In this document: positions 26,600-39,062 of the stretch, piece after piece
How the letters are laid out: each line of letters starts with the position of its first letter
How positions within the stretch are numbered: position 1 is the first letter of the stretch
Origin: Mobula birostris
Taxonomy: Eukaryota
Direction of reading: 5' to 3'
Length of the DNA stretch: 64,000 bases
NCBI RefSeq assembly: GCF_030028105.1
Contig: NC_092379.1
Span: forward strand, 28,141,821-28,205,820
Program-made: the position numbers and the translations under genes
The notes under the pieces: model-generated
What the model was told of the DNA's origin: nothing
Database searches by the model: none
The model's input: the letters and a program-made list of their open reading frames with translations, nothing else

Positions 26600-27600
26600 C
26601 TTCACCTAAAAAACAGAACAGCGGATCCGACTTACAAGTAAACGCCCACGCCAATCTGAAGATAACACATCCAAATATGCAGTTGACGATGGAGGTGGAG
26701 AAGAATTGTTGCCTCCCATCCTGGACATTCTAACACGACTGACACCGGATGCTAGTATTGGGCATAGCCTCTACAGGATGGCAAATAACACGGACTTATA
26801 CATCAAAATAATAGTCGCCATCAAGCATCACAACGTGGAGCCGTGTTTTCAATGTTGATTAACCATGGGAAAACTATTTCGGAACAGGAGATTATTGAGC
26901 ACGACTTTCCTGCAGAATGGGTACCATGGGAATGAAATTAATCGGGACCTTAAAAGGGAAGACAGAAAAAAAATACAGGGCACCTCAGATCGTGGAAGAA
27001 GCTACCGCCTGTTTTCCTTATTTCCCCGTTGGTTCTGGAAAATCTTTAGGATCCTGAAGAAGTGACGGATAAATACCTCCCACAAACAGGAAAGGGAGCT
27101 CACATTTCAGGTTATGCGGTTAAATAATGACCCGGGTCTCCGTGCGGCTAGATTCCCTATGCGTACACAGCAGCCAATTTCAGCCAGACGGGAGGAGCGG
27201 TGGAAGCTCGAAGTGGGCACAGGAGGTGTATGCATTTGGTTTACTTGGAGAAGTCTGCAGCAGCAGAAGTTGACATAGGCAATGACTACATGATTGCATT
27301 CGACGGCGCAAAGCTACCGTCCTGCGCCGATGGCTTTGGGACCACTTGGTAAAGAAAGCATTGAAATAAGACCAGAGAATTAGAAGGTCATCAAAGGGAA
27401 AGTTGACACTATAAGTTAGAACTGGAATAGATGTCTACACACAATAGGACGACGGAACATATTAGTTGAGGACTCGCCAATGAAGAAGGACTGACGATTG
27501 GAATTGAGTATATATCTCACTGGACTAGACATGTCTACAGTCATTCCTCATGAAAATGACAGAGTTTCGCATCGAACCGTAGATTATAATCGACACTTTG
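26600..27600 (+). mobile_element. Penelope-like element 3' part (RT thumb and GIY-YIG), decayed
   Basis: MEVEKNCCLP(FLD), TFLQNGY..EINR, DPGLRAA, LEKSAAAE, LVKESIEI, plus a degenerate hammerhead-like tail near 27548-27585. Confidence 0.75.
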
Positions 27601-27959
27601 ACACTTGGAACCGGCAGTAAGTCGAGGGGAGTATATGCGGCATCAAGTATCGCACATTCTCTCATATGGAATTTCTACATACCAATTAAGAAGGCTTTGC
27701 TGACCACATTTTACAAACTCTACCTCATCGATTCCTTCTACCGCATGGGAGCTCCAGACAATATGTGGGAAGTTAATATCACCTATTTAACAACCTCGTG
27801 TTTCTTGCATTATTCTGTGATGTCTCCACAAATCTCTTCCTTTACGCCCGTTATTATTGGGTGACCTGTAATATAGACCCATTGATGTGGACATGCCTTT
27901 CGCAATTCCCAGTACAGTCATTACGCCTCACTTAGTTGAGTTATTTACATTGTGCTGAC

Positions 27960-28560
27960 TGAGCATTGTCACGACTTTTCACTGACTGGTAACACAATCG
28001 TTTCTCATTTAATTCATGCTCTTCTGTCTCGTCCTAAGCAAAGGAACAGCGGGATACTGAGTTGTTATTCCTGCCAATTCCGCAACCAAGTCTCAGTAAT
28101 GGCTACAATATCATAATTTCCTGAGTCCATCCATGTCCTGAGCTCATCTGACTTTCTAAAGATACCTCTAGTAGTGAAATAAACGCAGTTCAGGACATCC
28201 AGTGCAACATTCTCAAAGTTTTGTTTGCTGACATTGTCCGAAATGTTAACAACGTCTGTCTCCCTAGGATCTGCTCTTACACTTTACCGCCCAACACTAC
28301 CAAGTCTTCAGAATAGGACATTGTTCCTCTTCTAATTTAATTGCAACCGTCTGTTCTGTACAAGACGGACTTTCCCTGGAAGACAGTTGAATATAATCCA
28401 AAAATCTCGCGTACTCCCTCATAGAACAACTCCGTATTTAAGTGTATCATTTTCCAACTTCTGGCCTCACGAGGACGTGGCACAGGGAACAATGCTAAGA
28501 TCACAGCTCCGGAGATCCTATCCTTTAGCGTAGCATCCAACTCCTTCAGATCACTGCAGA
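27960..28560 (-). mobile_element. Decayed CR1 ORF1 (esterase-like) fragment
   Basis: VILALFPVPRPREARSWKMIHLNTEL resembles CR1 ORF1 VVISGLLPVPRASEARNR.I.QLNTWL. Confidence 0.5.
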
Positions 28561-29390
28561 ACCTGGTGAGTCTTACTATTAATGTCATTGTTACTTACGT
28601 GGGGCACGACATCTGGCTGTTCAAACACCCATCTAAAAATCTGAAAAATCGGTTCAGGAAGTCCTGGACACTGGCACTCTGGTTCAACAGTTCCGTGCGA
28701 GTAGCACTTACAGGGCGACATAAAGATCGCGATGCCGGTATTCAGCAGCAGTTCAAGAAATGCAGCTATGATCCGCGCAACGTGAATATGGCAGCAAAAC
28801 AACACTACAGGAACAACATCGAGACACAACTTTTACCAACCACCCACTCAACTTACGACAAGGTCTGTTCACCATCGCAGACTCAGAGCTAAAGGCAGTG
28901 GACTTTCTAACATCGCTTCCTCTCTCCCAGACGAGATACATCTTTATACTCTTGATTCCCTGTGGCCAATACTGAGCCCCTGTGGATACTAGCAGATGAT
29001 GTGACCGGCAGCCTGGCCATTTCTGAGGCTGAAATACCCAGGTGTTTCCAACGAGTGGACATTCGCCAGACTGTGGGACCGGACGGCATCCCAGGGCGGG
29101 TACTCAGGATGTGCTGGGCACAAAAGGCAGATTGGTTTACAGACATTTATAATCACTCCGTCTCCCAATGTAGAGTGCAATCCTGCTTCAAAGCATCGGT
29201 TATCCGTCATTGTTCCTGTACCTAAAATGACCAAGGTAACATGTCCGAACTCCTGGCATACTGTTGGACTCTCCTCGGTAACAAGCAAATGCTTTTAGTG
29301 GTAGTTAGGGGCTACATCTAAGGCATACTACAACCCACAGTGAACCCCTACAGTTCACCTATCGACATAACCGTACAATAGATGACGCGA

Positions 29391-30856
29391 TAGGCCCAGT
29401 TATGCCTGCCTCATCGTTGGTTATGTGACGCAACTATGCCTGCCTCTTCGTTGGTTATGTGGAACAGAATATGCTCCAAACCTCTACTGGTACTGTTCCT
29501 CAACTTTTCCGTCGCTACATTGGTGCTGCTTCCTGCACCCATGCTGAGCTCGTCAATTTCATCGACTTTACTTCGAACTTCCTCCCAGCCCTCTAATTCA
29601 CTTGGCACTTCTCTCCCCTTCCTTGATCACTCGGTCTCCATCTCTGGAGAGAGACTGTCCACTGAAATCTTCTATAAGCCCAATATAACTACCTCGACTA
29701 TACCTCTTCCCACCCTGCCACACGCACAAATGCCATTCCGTTTTTCCAGTTCCTCCGTCTACTCCCAAGATGAGGCTTTCCGTTCCAGGACATCTCAAAT
29801 ATCCTCTGTCTTGAAGGGTCGTGGTTTCCCTTCTGCCGTCAACTCTGATGCCCTCACCCGCACCTCCTCCATTTCCCGCACTTCGGCACTCACCCCATCC
29901 ACCAGTCACCACAACAGGGACAGAGTTCCCCTTGTCCTCACCTACCATCCCAGCAGCCTGCGGATCCAGCAGATTATCCTCCGCAACTTCCGCCACCTTC
30001 AACAAGACCCCAAGAATATGCACATCTTTCCCTCTCCGCCCATATCCGCCTTCCGCAGAGATCGTTACCTCCGCTACACCCTGGTCCACACGTCTCTCCC
30101 CACGGATCTCCCACCCGGCACTTATCCCTGTAAGCGTAAGTTTTATACTTGTCCCTACACCTCCTCTCTTGCCACCATTCAGGGCCCCAACCAGTCCTTC
30201 CAGGTGAGACAACACTTCACTTGTGAGTCTGTTGGGGTCATTTGTTGCATCATTGCTCCCGGTGTGGTCTCCTCTACATCGGTGAAACTCGAGGCAGGTT
30301 GGGGGACCGATTCGTCGAGCACAACTGCTCCGTGCGCCACAACAGACAGGATCTCCCGGTTGCCACCCACTTCAACTCTGCTTCACATTCTCCTTCCGAT
30401 ATGTCCATGCATGGCCTCCTCTACTGCCATGATGAGGCTAAACTCAAGTTCGAGGAGCAACACCTCATATGCCGTCTGGGTAGTCTCCAGCCACTTAGTA
30501 TGAACATTGAATTCTCCAACTTCCCGTAATTCCCTTCTCCCTTTTCCCCCATCCCAGTTTTACTGCCCCCTCCCCCAGCTGCCTATCACCTCCCTCATGG
30601 TCCCGCTTCCTGCTACTACCCAGTGTGTTTTCCTCTATTCCTTCTTCAACTTTCCTGCCTATCTCTCCCTGCTTCCCCATCCATACCTCTTTATCTTTTC
30701 CCGTTCTGCTTTTTCACCTGGCTCCTACCAGCCTTCTCCTTCCCACCCTTCCCCCACCTTCTTTAGAGGGCTTCTGCCCCCTCCCTCTTCAGTCCTGACG
30801 AAGGGTTCCGGCTCGAAACGTTGACTGATCATTTATCCTCCAGTGTGTTGTCAGTG
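29391..30856 (+). mobile_element. Penelope-like element (RT plus GIY-YIG endonuclease and 3' terminal region)
   Basis: (GPS)YACL(F)VGYV, SLPFLD, RGFP, DRVPLVLTYHP, CSRCGLLYIGETRGRLGDRFVEH, EEQHLICRLGSLQPLSMNIEFSNF. A ~28-bp direct duplication sits at the 5' end. Confidence 0.92.
30790..30827 (+). ncRNA. Minimal type I hammerhead ribozyme motif of the Penelope element
   Basis: CAGTC-CTGACGA-AGGGTTCCGGCTC-GAAA-CGTT-GACTG: 5-bp stem I (CAGTC/GACTG), core CUGANGA and GAAA, palindromic AACGTT stem III, GUU cleavage triplet. Confidence 0.75.
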
Positions 30857-33704
30857 TAGCTCTATACACCGCCCTTACACATCTAGAGAAGTGGGTTGCT
30901 GATGTATGAATGCTGTTCTTGGACTACAGTTCAGCATTCAAAACTGTCCCTACCCAGAGCTACAATCGTCTAATTAAGTTTGCTGAGGACACTACATGAT
31001 TGACCTAAACTCAAAAAATAATGAGGGAGACCAGAGAGAAGAATTCACCACCCTGATACATTGGCATCGACAAAACAACTTCTCTCCCAATGTCGCAGAA
31101 CACAAAGAAAAAGCAAAAAAGCTGGTTGTGGACTACAGGCAGAATGGAGACAGGCTAATCACAATTGACATCAATGGATCTTTATACCTCAAGTTCTTCG
31201 GCATGCAAATCACTGAGGATCTGACTTGGTCGGTACATACCGGTTGTGTGCTAAAAAAAGGCAAAAAATGGCGTCTTTTACCTCAGAGGGTTGAAGAAGT
31301 TTGATATTGAACTCCAGATCCCAAGAACGCTCTACTGGAGCACAAATGAGAGCATCCCGACTGGCTGCCTCACTGCCTGGTGTTGGAACTGTACTTTCCT
31401 CAATCGCTGACCTCTGCACAGAGCGGTGCGGACAGCGCATCTGTAGGTGCGACCTGCCCACTATTCAGGACATTTACAAAGAGAAGTGTGTAAAAAGGGC
31501 ACGAAGGATCATTAGAGACCCGGGACACCCCAAGCACAAAATGTTCCAGCTGCTACTGTCCGGGATACGGGACTGCAGCATAAAATCCAGGACCAACAAG
31601 CTCCAGAACAGCTTCCTCCACCAAGTCATCAGACGTATTAACACATGCTGATACAATTGTATCTCTGTGTTATTTTGACTGCCCTGTTGTACATCGTATT
31701 TATTATATTTTTTTAATTACGCATTGCATATTTAAAAGGAGATGTAACGGGAAGATATTTACTCCTCATGTAAATGAAGGATGTAGGTAATAAAGTCAAT
31801 TCTATTCGATTCAATTCATATTTCTTCTCTGTCACAGAAACAGACACGATGCCTGAGTGTACACCGCTGTGATGTTTCTCTGCTACCTCATGCCCCCAGC
31901 ATTATCCAAACTAGCATATCTGTTGTTGAGGGAGATTTCCACAGGGCACTCTGCACTGGCTGTTTAAGTCCTTTGTCTTTCTTGTCACCCACTTTCCTGC
32001 CTCCTGTAACTCTGGTGCACCCACCATCTTTATGCCCAATCTATCACGCCCTCAGCCTTTCGAAACCTCCAGCGTTCATCCAGTTCCAGTTTCGGCTCCA
32101 TAAAACGGTGTGTAAGAATCTGAAATTGCATGAATTTCATCCATGAGTAGTCGTCAGTGATACTGGCAAACTCCAACTCTTCCAATATCCAACAAGGAGT
32201 ACATGCAAATATTAAGGTCTCGATAATGATTGCGGCCAGACACTCCGAATGCTCACTCCTTCCCATACATGTTGCATGGCCGCTGAGTTAGTACCGCATT
32301 TTTTGTGTATACCGTTCAAGTTTTCTGCCTGGCATATTACAGCTCATGCTGAGCAAATATAAAGAATGAAACAAAATAACAATAAACAAACTACGGGGAA
32401 AAAATCCTGCTACATTTCGCATTCTCTTAACCACGCCTAATCTCGCTGAAACATCGAAGAAGCCATTCCTCAAATTCATTTTCTGACCCTGTCGATTCCA
32501 CCGACTGCCGTACCGCTTTCCCCTACCTTTTTCGAATTTGTTCTCGTTAATCATTCCATATCACTTTTCAAGACACGAAAATGCCTCGAATTGGTGGGTT
32601 ATACATTCGAATCGGCGAACGCGAGAGAGCTCCGTCTTATCATCTTTGCGATCTCCAATTGGCAGTAGTTTTAAACACCAAACGGCCGCGAGTAGATGCC
32701 TTATTTTCTCAATCGGCGAACCTGTCAGAGCTATGTTTTCTCACGTTTGTAACACCGATAAGCTCTGGTTAAAAGATCAAACAGCCGCCAGTTGACGCCG
32801 TGTATACTCAATAGGCAAACTTGAGTGAGCTCCGTCCCAACACGCTTCGGATCTCCGACTGGCCGCAACTGAAATACATATTTCATGAATTTCCATTTCC
32901 AACAGTTCGCATACGTGATTGTTCATTGCACATCGTAGCCGAGATTTCACTTACATCATTTTCAATTTCTTTATTTCTGTATTCATTTATTCAATCGTTC
33001 ATTCATTCATCCGTTGATTAAATAACTACATAATTAAATTATTTATTGTTTATTTATTTGCTTAAATTTCAATACAGTTGGTGGCGTAATATGCAAGATT
33101 ACGAAAGACAAATCGGTAACTGTGGAGGTGCAAGGAAATTAAAGCTCTGCAGAGTATTTGTGGTGAGATCTCACCGAACCCCAGTGTAATAACAAAACCC
33201 TAGACAAATCTACGTTCAATACTAAAGCAGTGTATTAGTCTTCCTATTCGACTGTGGCACTTTGCATTTCCACTTTTCCCTCAACCATGAGCATTTTCCA
33301 GCCTCACCAGTATTAAATACATGTTTTGCTTTTTTTTATTGTAGCTCTGCAGAGCAGTACCTCACATTCGACGTAATTTGTTGCATTTGCCTTGCGTATG
33401 CGCTGAGCTTCTCTTTGTTTTCTTCTGGCCTCTTTAACCCGAGGTTCCTTCAGCTAGAACAGAGAAAGTTGTGCAGTACAGCATAATATTGAACCTTCGG
33501 AATACCGTGCGGTGGAGACCGATATAAATCAGTTCATCATCCTTCTAACGTTTCGCCACACCCTGCACTTACCTTTGTCCTCCATTTATCCTATATCGAC
33601 ATGGCAGCAATTTTCTCGATTATCAGTTTATCAACTCTGCCTGCAGCAGTTTGTGCGGAGTTTAGAATTTTACAGGAGGTTTGCATTGGAATTCTCCAAG
33701 AATG

Positions 33705-33783
<79 letters not shown>
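33705..33783 (+). repeat. (AAT)n microsatellite
   Basis: Pure AAT run. The paralogous site at 43086-43136 is (GAT)n(AAT)n. Confidence 0.98.
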
Positions 33784-33786
<3 letters not shown>

Positions 33787-34315
33787 CATATCAATAATAA
33801 TACAATATAACCACTGACATCTCACTGAAACTGCCTTCCACTCAACTTACTGCAAAGCTGCGGACTCTTGCCCTGTCTTTTGCCGCAGTGGATATTATTT
33901 TATCCGAAACAGACTTCCAGATTTTCCAAACCCCTGGACACAAATGACAAGATTGACATCGAATGTGAATAGAAGGGAAAGAAGGGTTGCCTGTTTTACG
34001 CCTTTGGTCAAGCACACTCAAATTGAAACTGCTTGCCGGCAGATTTCCTCTCATCCATACTTTCTGTGGAAGAACAGTAGCCATGAGGGATTGGTGCATC
34101 CAAAGGCTGAATGTGCCATCATACTCTTCCGAGGCTGAGGGAGAGCTTGTCAGCCCATCCCCGTACATGCCGTCAAGATCAGAGCATAGACTGATTGCCG
34201 TTCAAAAATATAAGAACTGAAACATACTTGAAAACCCGAGGCACACGTTACAACATTAATAAAGAACAAATAACCTTTTTTTTTTTCGGAAGAAAAGTGT
34301 CCGGTTCAAGGCGAA

Positions 34316-34374
34316 TGACTCAGACTCATCAATTTATAAGCCATCTCCGTCACACAGGTTGAACGATAGGAAGT
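34316..34374 (+). promoter_or_regulatory. Candidate promoter of NAR-TCR V1
   Basis: TGACTCA (AP-1/CRE-like), TTTATAA and GATAGGAAGT (GATA/ETS-like) ~180-235 bp upstream of the leader ATG. Partly conserved at ~43668-43726. No Ig octamer seen. Confidence 0.35.
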
Positions 34375-34550
34375 CATGGGCGGGGCTTCCTCGCTCGGTT
34401 CAAAGACACGAAACAGAATCAAAACCAACAACTGTCCCTCAACAACCTGTTGTTAACAGTTTATTGTCCGTATTTGAAGTACATTCTACCATAACTCTGC
34501 AGGCCGTGAGCTTCATCTCCTCGACACTTCAGCAATATTCCTTGTTGACG

Positions 34551-35000
34551 ATGGGAGTCTTCCTTCTTTTCACACTCTGGCTCTGCTTACGGCGTGAGTA
34601 CCTTTTAAACATCTACATTACATTTACTTTAAATCTGTCTGAGCCCTCTGAGATTCAACCGGCTTAGATTATTTGTGCGGTTCATCTATGACTGCAACTC
34701 ACTTTTCTCCGTTTCTTTTATTCCTAGGTTCATTGAGTCAGTCGGTGACTCAGAGCCCGTCCATTGTAAACTCGAATGAGTGTCAGACTGCCACTATCAC
34801 CGGCAGTTTCAAGCCTGGTTCTGCTGTTGAATATCGCTTTCGACCAACTCAGCGGCCGAACGGAAAGAAGTCACCCGCGGGGGGAGATTTTTTTACTTTG
34901 ATTAAGAAAACGGACATGCAGTTTTCTTTGGAAATTCGGGACCTGCGATTGGAAGACAGCGGTACCTATTACTGTCAAGCTGTGTACAGATGGCGTTCAG
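34551..35000 (+). pseudogene. NAR-TCR V segment 1: leader exon 34551-34593, V exon 34728-35000; probably non-functional
   Basis: Leader MGVFLLFTLWLCLR, GT-AG intron, IgNAR-like V ending FSLEIRDLRLEDSGTYYC. Cys23 codon is GGC (34802-34804). A 22-nt deletion after 34841 is compensated by an extra T at 34888-34894. Confidence 0.88.
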
Positions 35001-35038
35001 CACAATGATGGGCTTCGGCTTTGTGCTGTACAAAAACT
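35001..35038 (+). promoter_or_regulatory. RSS of NAR-TCR V1 (22-bp spacer)
   Basis: CACAATG, 22 nt, ACAAAAACT directly after the YYCQAVYRWRS coding end. Confidence 0.93.
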
Positions 35039-35366
35039 TTCGCTGTAGCTTATTCCTGATTAAGACGGAGCAGAATGGATCTGCGGGTAAGTTCATCTTC
35101 CTGTCTCGCTGTGGATCCGTCCTAAAGTCCAGCAAGCTGTCAGTTTTTTTTTTTCTAAACATGTACATTCTTTATGTTCCCACCTCGAGTGTGCGCAGAT
35201 TTTGCTGCCTACCTGAGGCATGTGTCAATAAATGTCGACAGAGAATTAAAAAAAAAACACATTCTTTTCGCCAACGAGAGACAGAATCGTTCCTAAACAC
35301 TTGGAACCAAAAAACGCCAGCGCTGCGAATTTAATTCCTGCTCGACGCTTTCATTGATTCGCCAGC

Positions 35367-35438
35367 AGATTTCAAATTCACGTAAGATACTGTGTACAGT
35401 TCGGAACGAGCACAGTGGAAGAGATCTGAACCAAAATA
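35367..35438 (+). other. NAR-TCR D segment 1 (coding 35395-35410) with 12/12 RSSs
   Basis: AGATTTCAA-12-TACTGTG [TACAGTTCGGAACGAG] CACAGTG-12-ACCAAAATA. No stop in any forward frame. The 5' nonamer is weak. Confidence 0.85.
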
Positions 35439-35726
35439 GAAAATCATAAAAATAAAAATAACTCATTGTTTAAACAAGTTATTCTACATATTCCATACCA
35501 AAAAAATACTAACCGGGCGTTGTTCACCTTCTAATCTGTTTATATTATTTTAAAATTCCATATTGCATATGTATTTTTGATTGAAACGTATGCTATGTGT
35601 TTTTTTTCTTTTCGGAATCGGTGTGCGGTGCGTGTTTCTATTTTATTTTAATTTGGTCTTGCTTTCTCGCAGAGAGCATATTGGAAAGCCTATTGTAGCG
35701 TTTCCTAAGCAGATTCGCGTGAGTGT

Positions 35727-35823
35727 AGTTGTTGTATAGTGGAGACTGAGAACAGGATCATTGTGTATGAATGGGAGACTCATACTCTAGAAGGAACAGG
35801 GACAATGGTCACGGTGAGACCCG
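35727..35823 (+). other. NAR-TCR J segment 1 (coding 35766-35823) with 23-bp RSS
   Basis: AGTTGTTGT-23-CATTGTG, then YEWETHTLEGTGTMVTVRP and a phase-1 donor GTAAGT. Confidence 0.92.
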
Positions 35824-36840
35824 GTAAGTATCCACAGACATCGACCATTCTTCAAATATCGCACCCATTTTCACTATCGTTTGATAGATGATAGATTGAT
35901 TTAAGATCTTGTGTGGTGTGATTCTGTAAACTGAATCTACACTCACTGTGTAGAAAGGCAAGGTGGTAAACTGAATTAACCGAGGGAGATGGAGAGGGAG
36001 ATTTCTGCTATGAGTAAGGATGAAATACTGGTATAATCGTCGCAGAATGAATCCAACAGGCTGTTGTTAGACTGATTGAAATTATTGTTAGCAGCTTAAG
36101 GCATAAACGGCAAGCAGAAAAAAAAAATATATATGAATATGCCACCGAAATGCAAGAAATAATGAATCTTGTTTTCTCCAATTTATTCTCAAGCAGTACA
36201 GTGAATTGCATAATCAATTGATGAAAAATTAAGAAAAGAGAAGGGAACAAAACCTTTATATTGCCGCGTGCTAAACGCCAATTGAAAATAAATCTTCGCC
36301 TTCAACTGCTTAGAAAATTTTCTCACCAATCTGTCCCGTTCAGTCTCATTACTCTGAAGAAAATGTAACAATGCAAGAGGCTGTAAGTTATGGGGGATAT
36401 GTTATTTTAAAAAAAGAAGCAATTCTGGATGGAGCATCTATCATTTCGAAAAATAAAACAGGCAAATCCATCATTATTCCGAATCAAACTGACCTTTAAA
36501 ATAAACACCATAGAGCTCATAAAAAGGAGTTCGGCCCATTTTATGTTTGTAGACTCTCTGCAATTGTTCTTTGAAATTAGTTCTTCCTTCCACATAGATG
36601 TCCAAAATATGAAACATGTTTTGATAATAGCAAAATGTCCGCAAATTAGCATGAGTCCTTGATTTTATTTCACTGCAGCAATTTAGATAATAATTGTCAA
36701 CAACAATAAATATTGTTTACTCACATTTCAAACGAAGCAAGTTTGCGTGAAAGAAAAAAATCTCCTTAACGTATTTGGGACGTTTTTTTTTCTGAGAGTT
36801 ATCGGTAAATCAGCAATAATCTTCCTTTATATTCACACAG

Positions 36841-37142
36841 AATCCATTTCTCCACCGTCTCAGACTCCTGAACTGCAAACTACACTTGCCGATACTGCCA
36901 TTTAACCTGTGGATATGACGTGTAATGTCGCAACACAATACACTGGTATCGCCAGCTTCCAGAGCAGGTACCCATATTCCTGCTCCAGGGTCAAACTTTC
37001 GGTGCACAATATAAGACAAACAATGCCGGAGAACGAATTACTGGTTTTCTCGATCCTGGTAAGAAAATCAGCCAGCTGACGATCTCCAAAGTGCAACTGG
37101 GAGACGCTGCTGTGTATTACTGTGCAATGAGTCGGTTTGCAG
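36841..37142 (+). pseudogene. Leaderless supporting TCR-delta-like V segment 1, pseudogene
   Basis: Acceptor CACACAG, then WYRQLP..LTISKVQLGDAAVYYCAM. A 1-nt deletion gives TAA at 36903-36905, and TAT>TAA at 36923-36925 relative to copy 2. Confidence 0.9.
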
Positions 37143-37181
37143 CACTGTGATGCCGCGCATGGACAGCGCTGTTCAAGAACT
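37143..37181 (+). promoter_or_regulatory. 23-RSS of supporting V1
   Basis: CACTGTG, 23 nt, TCAAGAACT. Confidence 0.88.
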
Positions 37182-37203
37182 ACGGTGCTTCTCGTTATAA
37201 GCA

Positions 37204-37242
37204 CACAGTGCTAGGAAGCAGCGAGGGAACAATACAAATACT
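37204..37242 (+). promoter_or_regulatory. Second 23-RSS downstream of supporting V1
   Basis: CACAGTG, 23 nt, ACAAATACT, 22 nt after the first RSS. Confidence 0.8.
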
Positions 37243-37834
37243 CCTTTGGTTTTATCATATGAATACACCAAAGCCGAGAACGGAGACAACGGCAAGAAAC
37301 TGCAGTGTGGTGGGATTTTTAGTAGAATGATAACAGAGACAATAAGAGTACCATAATCAACACCCAAAATATGCTGGGAGAAATCATTATGTCCTGATGG
37401 AAGTACTTGGTTCGAAACATCATTTCCATGGAAGTTGCCGGATCTACCGATTCCTCAAATTTCTACTTATTGAAGACACACAACTTATAAGAATATATTC
37501 CTGGAACAAAGAGGCATGATTGCCTTCAGGAAATTCGCTTTTTAGATCAGAAGTGCGTAAGGCATAGCAACAGAATTGGGCCAATCAGCCTATCCAGTGT
37601 GGCCCGCCATTCCATCATTATTGTTTCCGGTTCTGAATACATTCACCAGTATATCCATGTGGTACATGCAATCTACCAGCCATTTTGAATGAAGGAACAT
37701 CGCAAATCCGTTTGCGCCGTGTGAACGTCGGCAGAAAAGTAACGGACATTAAAATGTTACAAATTCTAAACAATAAATGTGTAATCTATTGTTTTGGAAT
37801 GATACGGAATCACGAACTACAGGTATCATTACGA

Positions 37835-38262
37835 TTCCAGAAACATATACACATAGAAAACCTACAGCACAATACAGATCCTTCGGCCCACAAAGTTGTG
37901 CCCAACATGTCGCTACCTCAGCAATTACTAGGGTTACCTATAGCCTCTATTTTTTTCTAATCTCCATGTACCTATGCTAAAGTCTCTTAAAATATCCTAT
38001 CGTATCCGCGTCCATCAGCGTTTCCGTCAGCCCAGTCCACACAATCACCACTCTCTGTGTAAAAAAAAAAACTCACCCCTGACATCTTCTATGTACCTAC
38101 TCCCAAGCACCTTAAACCTGTGCACACCTGTGGCAGCCATTTCAGCCCTAGGAAAAAGCCTCTGACTATCCACACGATCAATGCCTCTCATCATCTTATA
38201 CTCCTCTATCAGGTCACCTCTCATCCTCCATGGCTCCAAGGAGAAAACGCCGAGTGCGCTCA
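37835..38262 (-). mobile_element. Short CR1 3' fragment
   Basis: FSLEPWRMRGDLIEEYKMMRGIDRVDSQRLFPR on the minus strand plus a CR1 tail. Confidence 0.85.
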
Positions 38263-38861
38263 ACCTGTTTTCATCAGCCATATCCACGCCCATGCCCTTA
38301 TCACAAAACAACTTTAGGGAGTCTGACTGTGTCTTCTTAGGTTTTAAAATGCGTTCACCAGAGAGTATTAACGTGCAGTCGATGCTGATTGAGATGTGTT
38401 CCGTTGCGTTCAGTTTCTTCCGATAGCGTGAATCTCATTTAATTGAAACAGCACGCTTTGGCAATTACATGCTCCTCCAATTGACCGGATTGCTATAATT
38501 GGAAGTAATCGAGATAACTGGAGAAGCGCTGTGAAAGAAACATTCGAACGTTAGTTATTATAAGGCAACGTCTTAATCCCTCCCACTCATTGCAGATAAC
38601 CTATGTTTTGTCATTCCTTGACTTGGCTTTAGTTCTGTCTGAAATGACACCTGTTCGTACTGGGATCCCCTAGTAGTGCACTAAAAATGCATTCACTTGA
38701 AGTAGAATTGCTGGTTCTGTATATTGGAAACCAAAATAAATAATTTACCTCCATTGTTTATATGTTTTGATTCATTGCTCGTCCCATGCCTATCTAAATA
38801 ACTGCAATTATATTATCTATTTATATTAATATATAAATATAATACTGTGTAAATATTCTTT

Positions 38862-39055
38862 GGGAGGCACAGTAGCGTAGCGGTTAATGCGACTCTATTA
38901 CAGTTCTGGGATTAACAGTTCGGAGTTCATTCTGTTTCATCTGTATGTAGTCCGCGTGTCCTCTACATGGAATGCGTGGGTTTTCACTGACTGCTCTCCT
39001 GTCCTCTAACAGTTCAGAGACGAGCGCCGGGAAATGGTTAGACATTGTAAGTTGT
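38862..39055 (+). mobile_element. tRNA-derived V-SINE (HE1-like), decayed
   Basis: GGCACAGTAGCGTAGCGG A-box-like head and a TGCGTGGGTTTTC..TGCTC V-domain-like core. Confidence 0.6.
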
Positions 39056-39062
39056 TCGATTA

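Larger units (their letters stand above)
28560..31815 (+). mobile_element. Rex1-like LINE split by a Penelope insertion
   Basis: GPDGIPGRVLR, (RHNR)TIDDAI before the insertion and ALYTALTHLE after it. The 3' part ends with AATAAA and an ATTC-type tail. Confidence 0.8.
32042..37594 (+). repeat. Segmental duplication copy 1 (NAR-TCR cassette 1 with ~2.5 kb upstream DNA)
   Basis: Colinear with 41421-47017 from TATCACGCCCTCAGCC to GCCAATCAGCCTATC. Identity looks roughly 85-90% by eye (not computed). Confidence 0.95.

Noticed and set aside
32030-32266. Protein-looking minus-strand ORF at the start of the duplicated unit
   Set aside because: The paralogue at 41455-41646 is frameshifted, and there is no recognisable motif or splice context.
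33512-33817. Poly-Asn and poly-Tyr ORFs
   Set aside because: Translation of an (AAT)n microsatellite whose paralogue has a different repeat composition.
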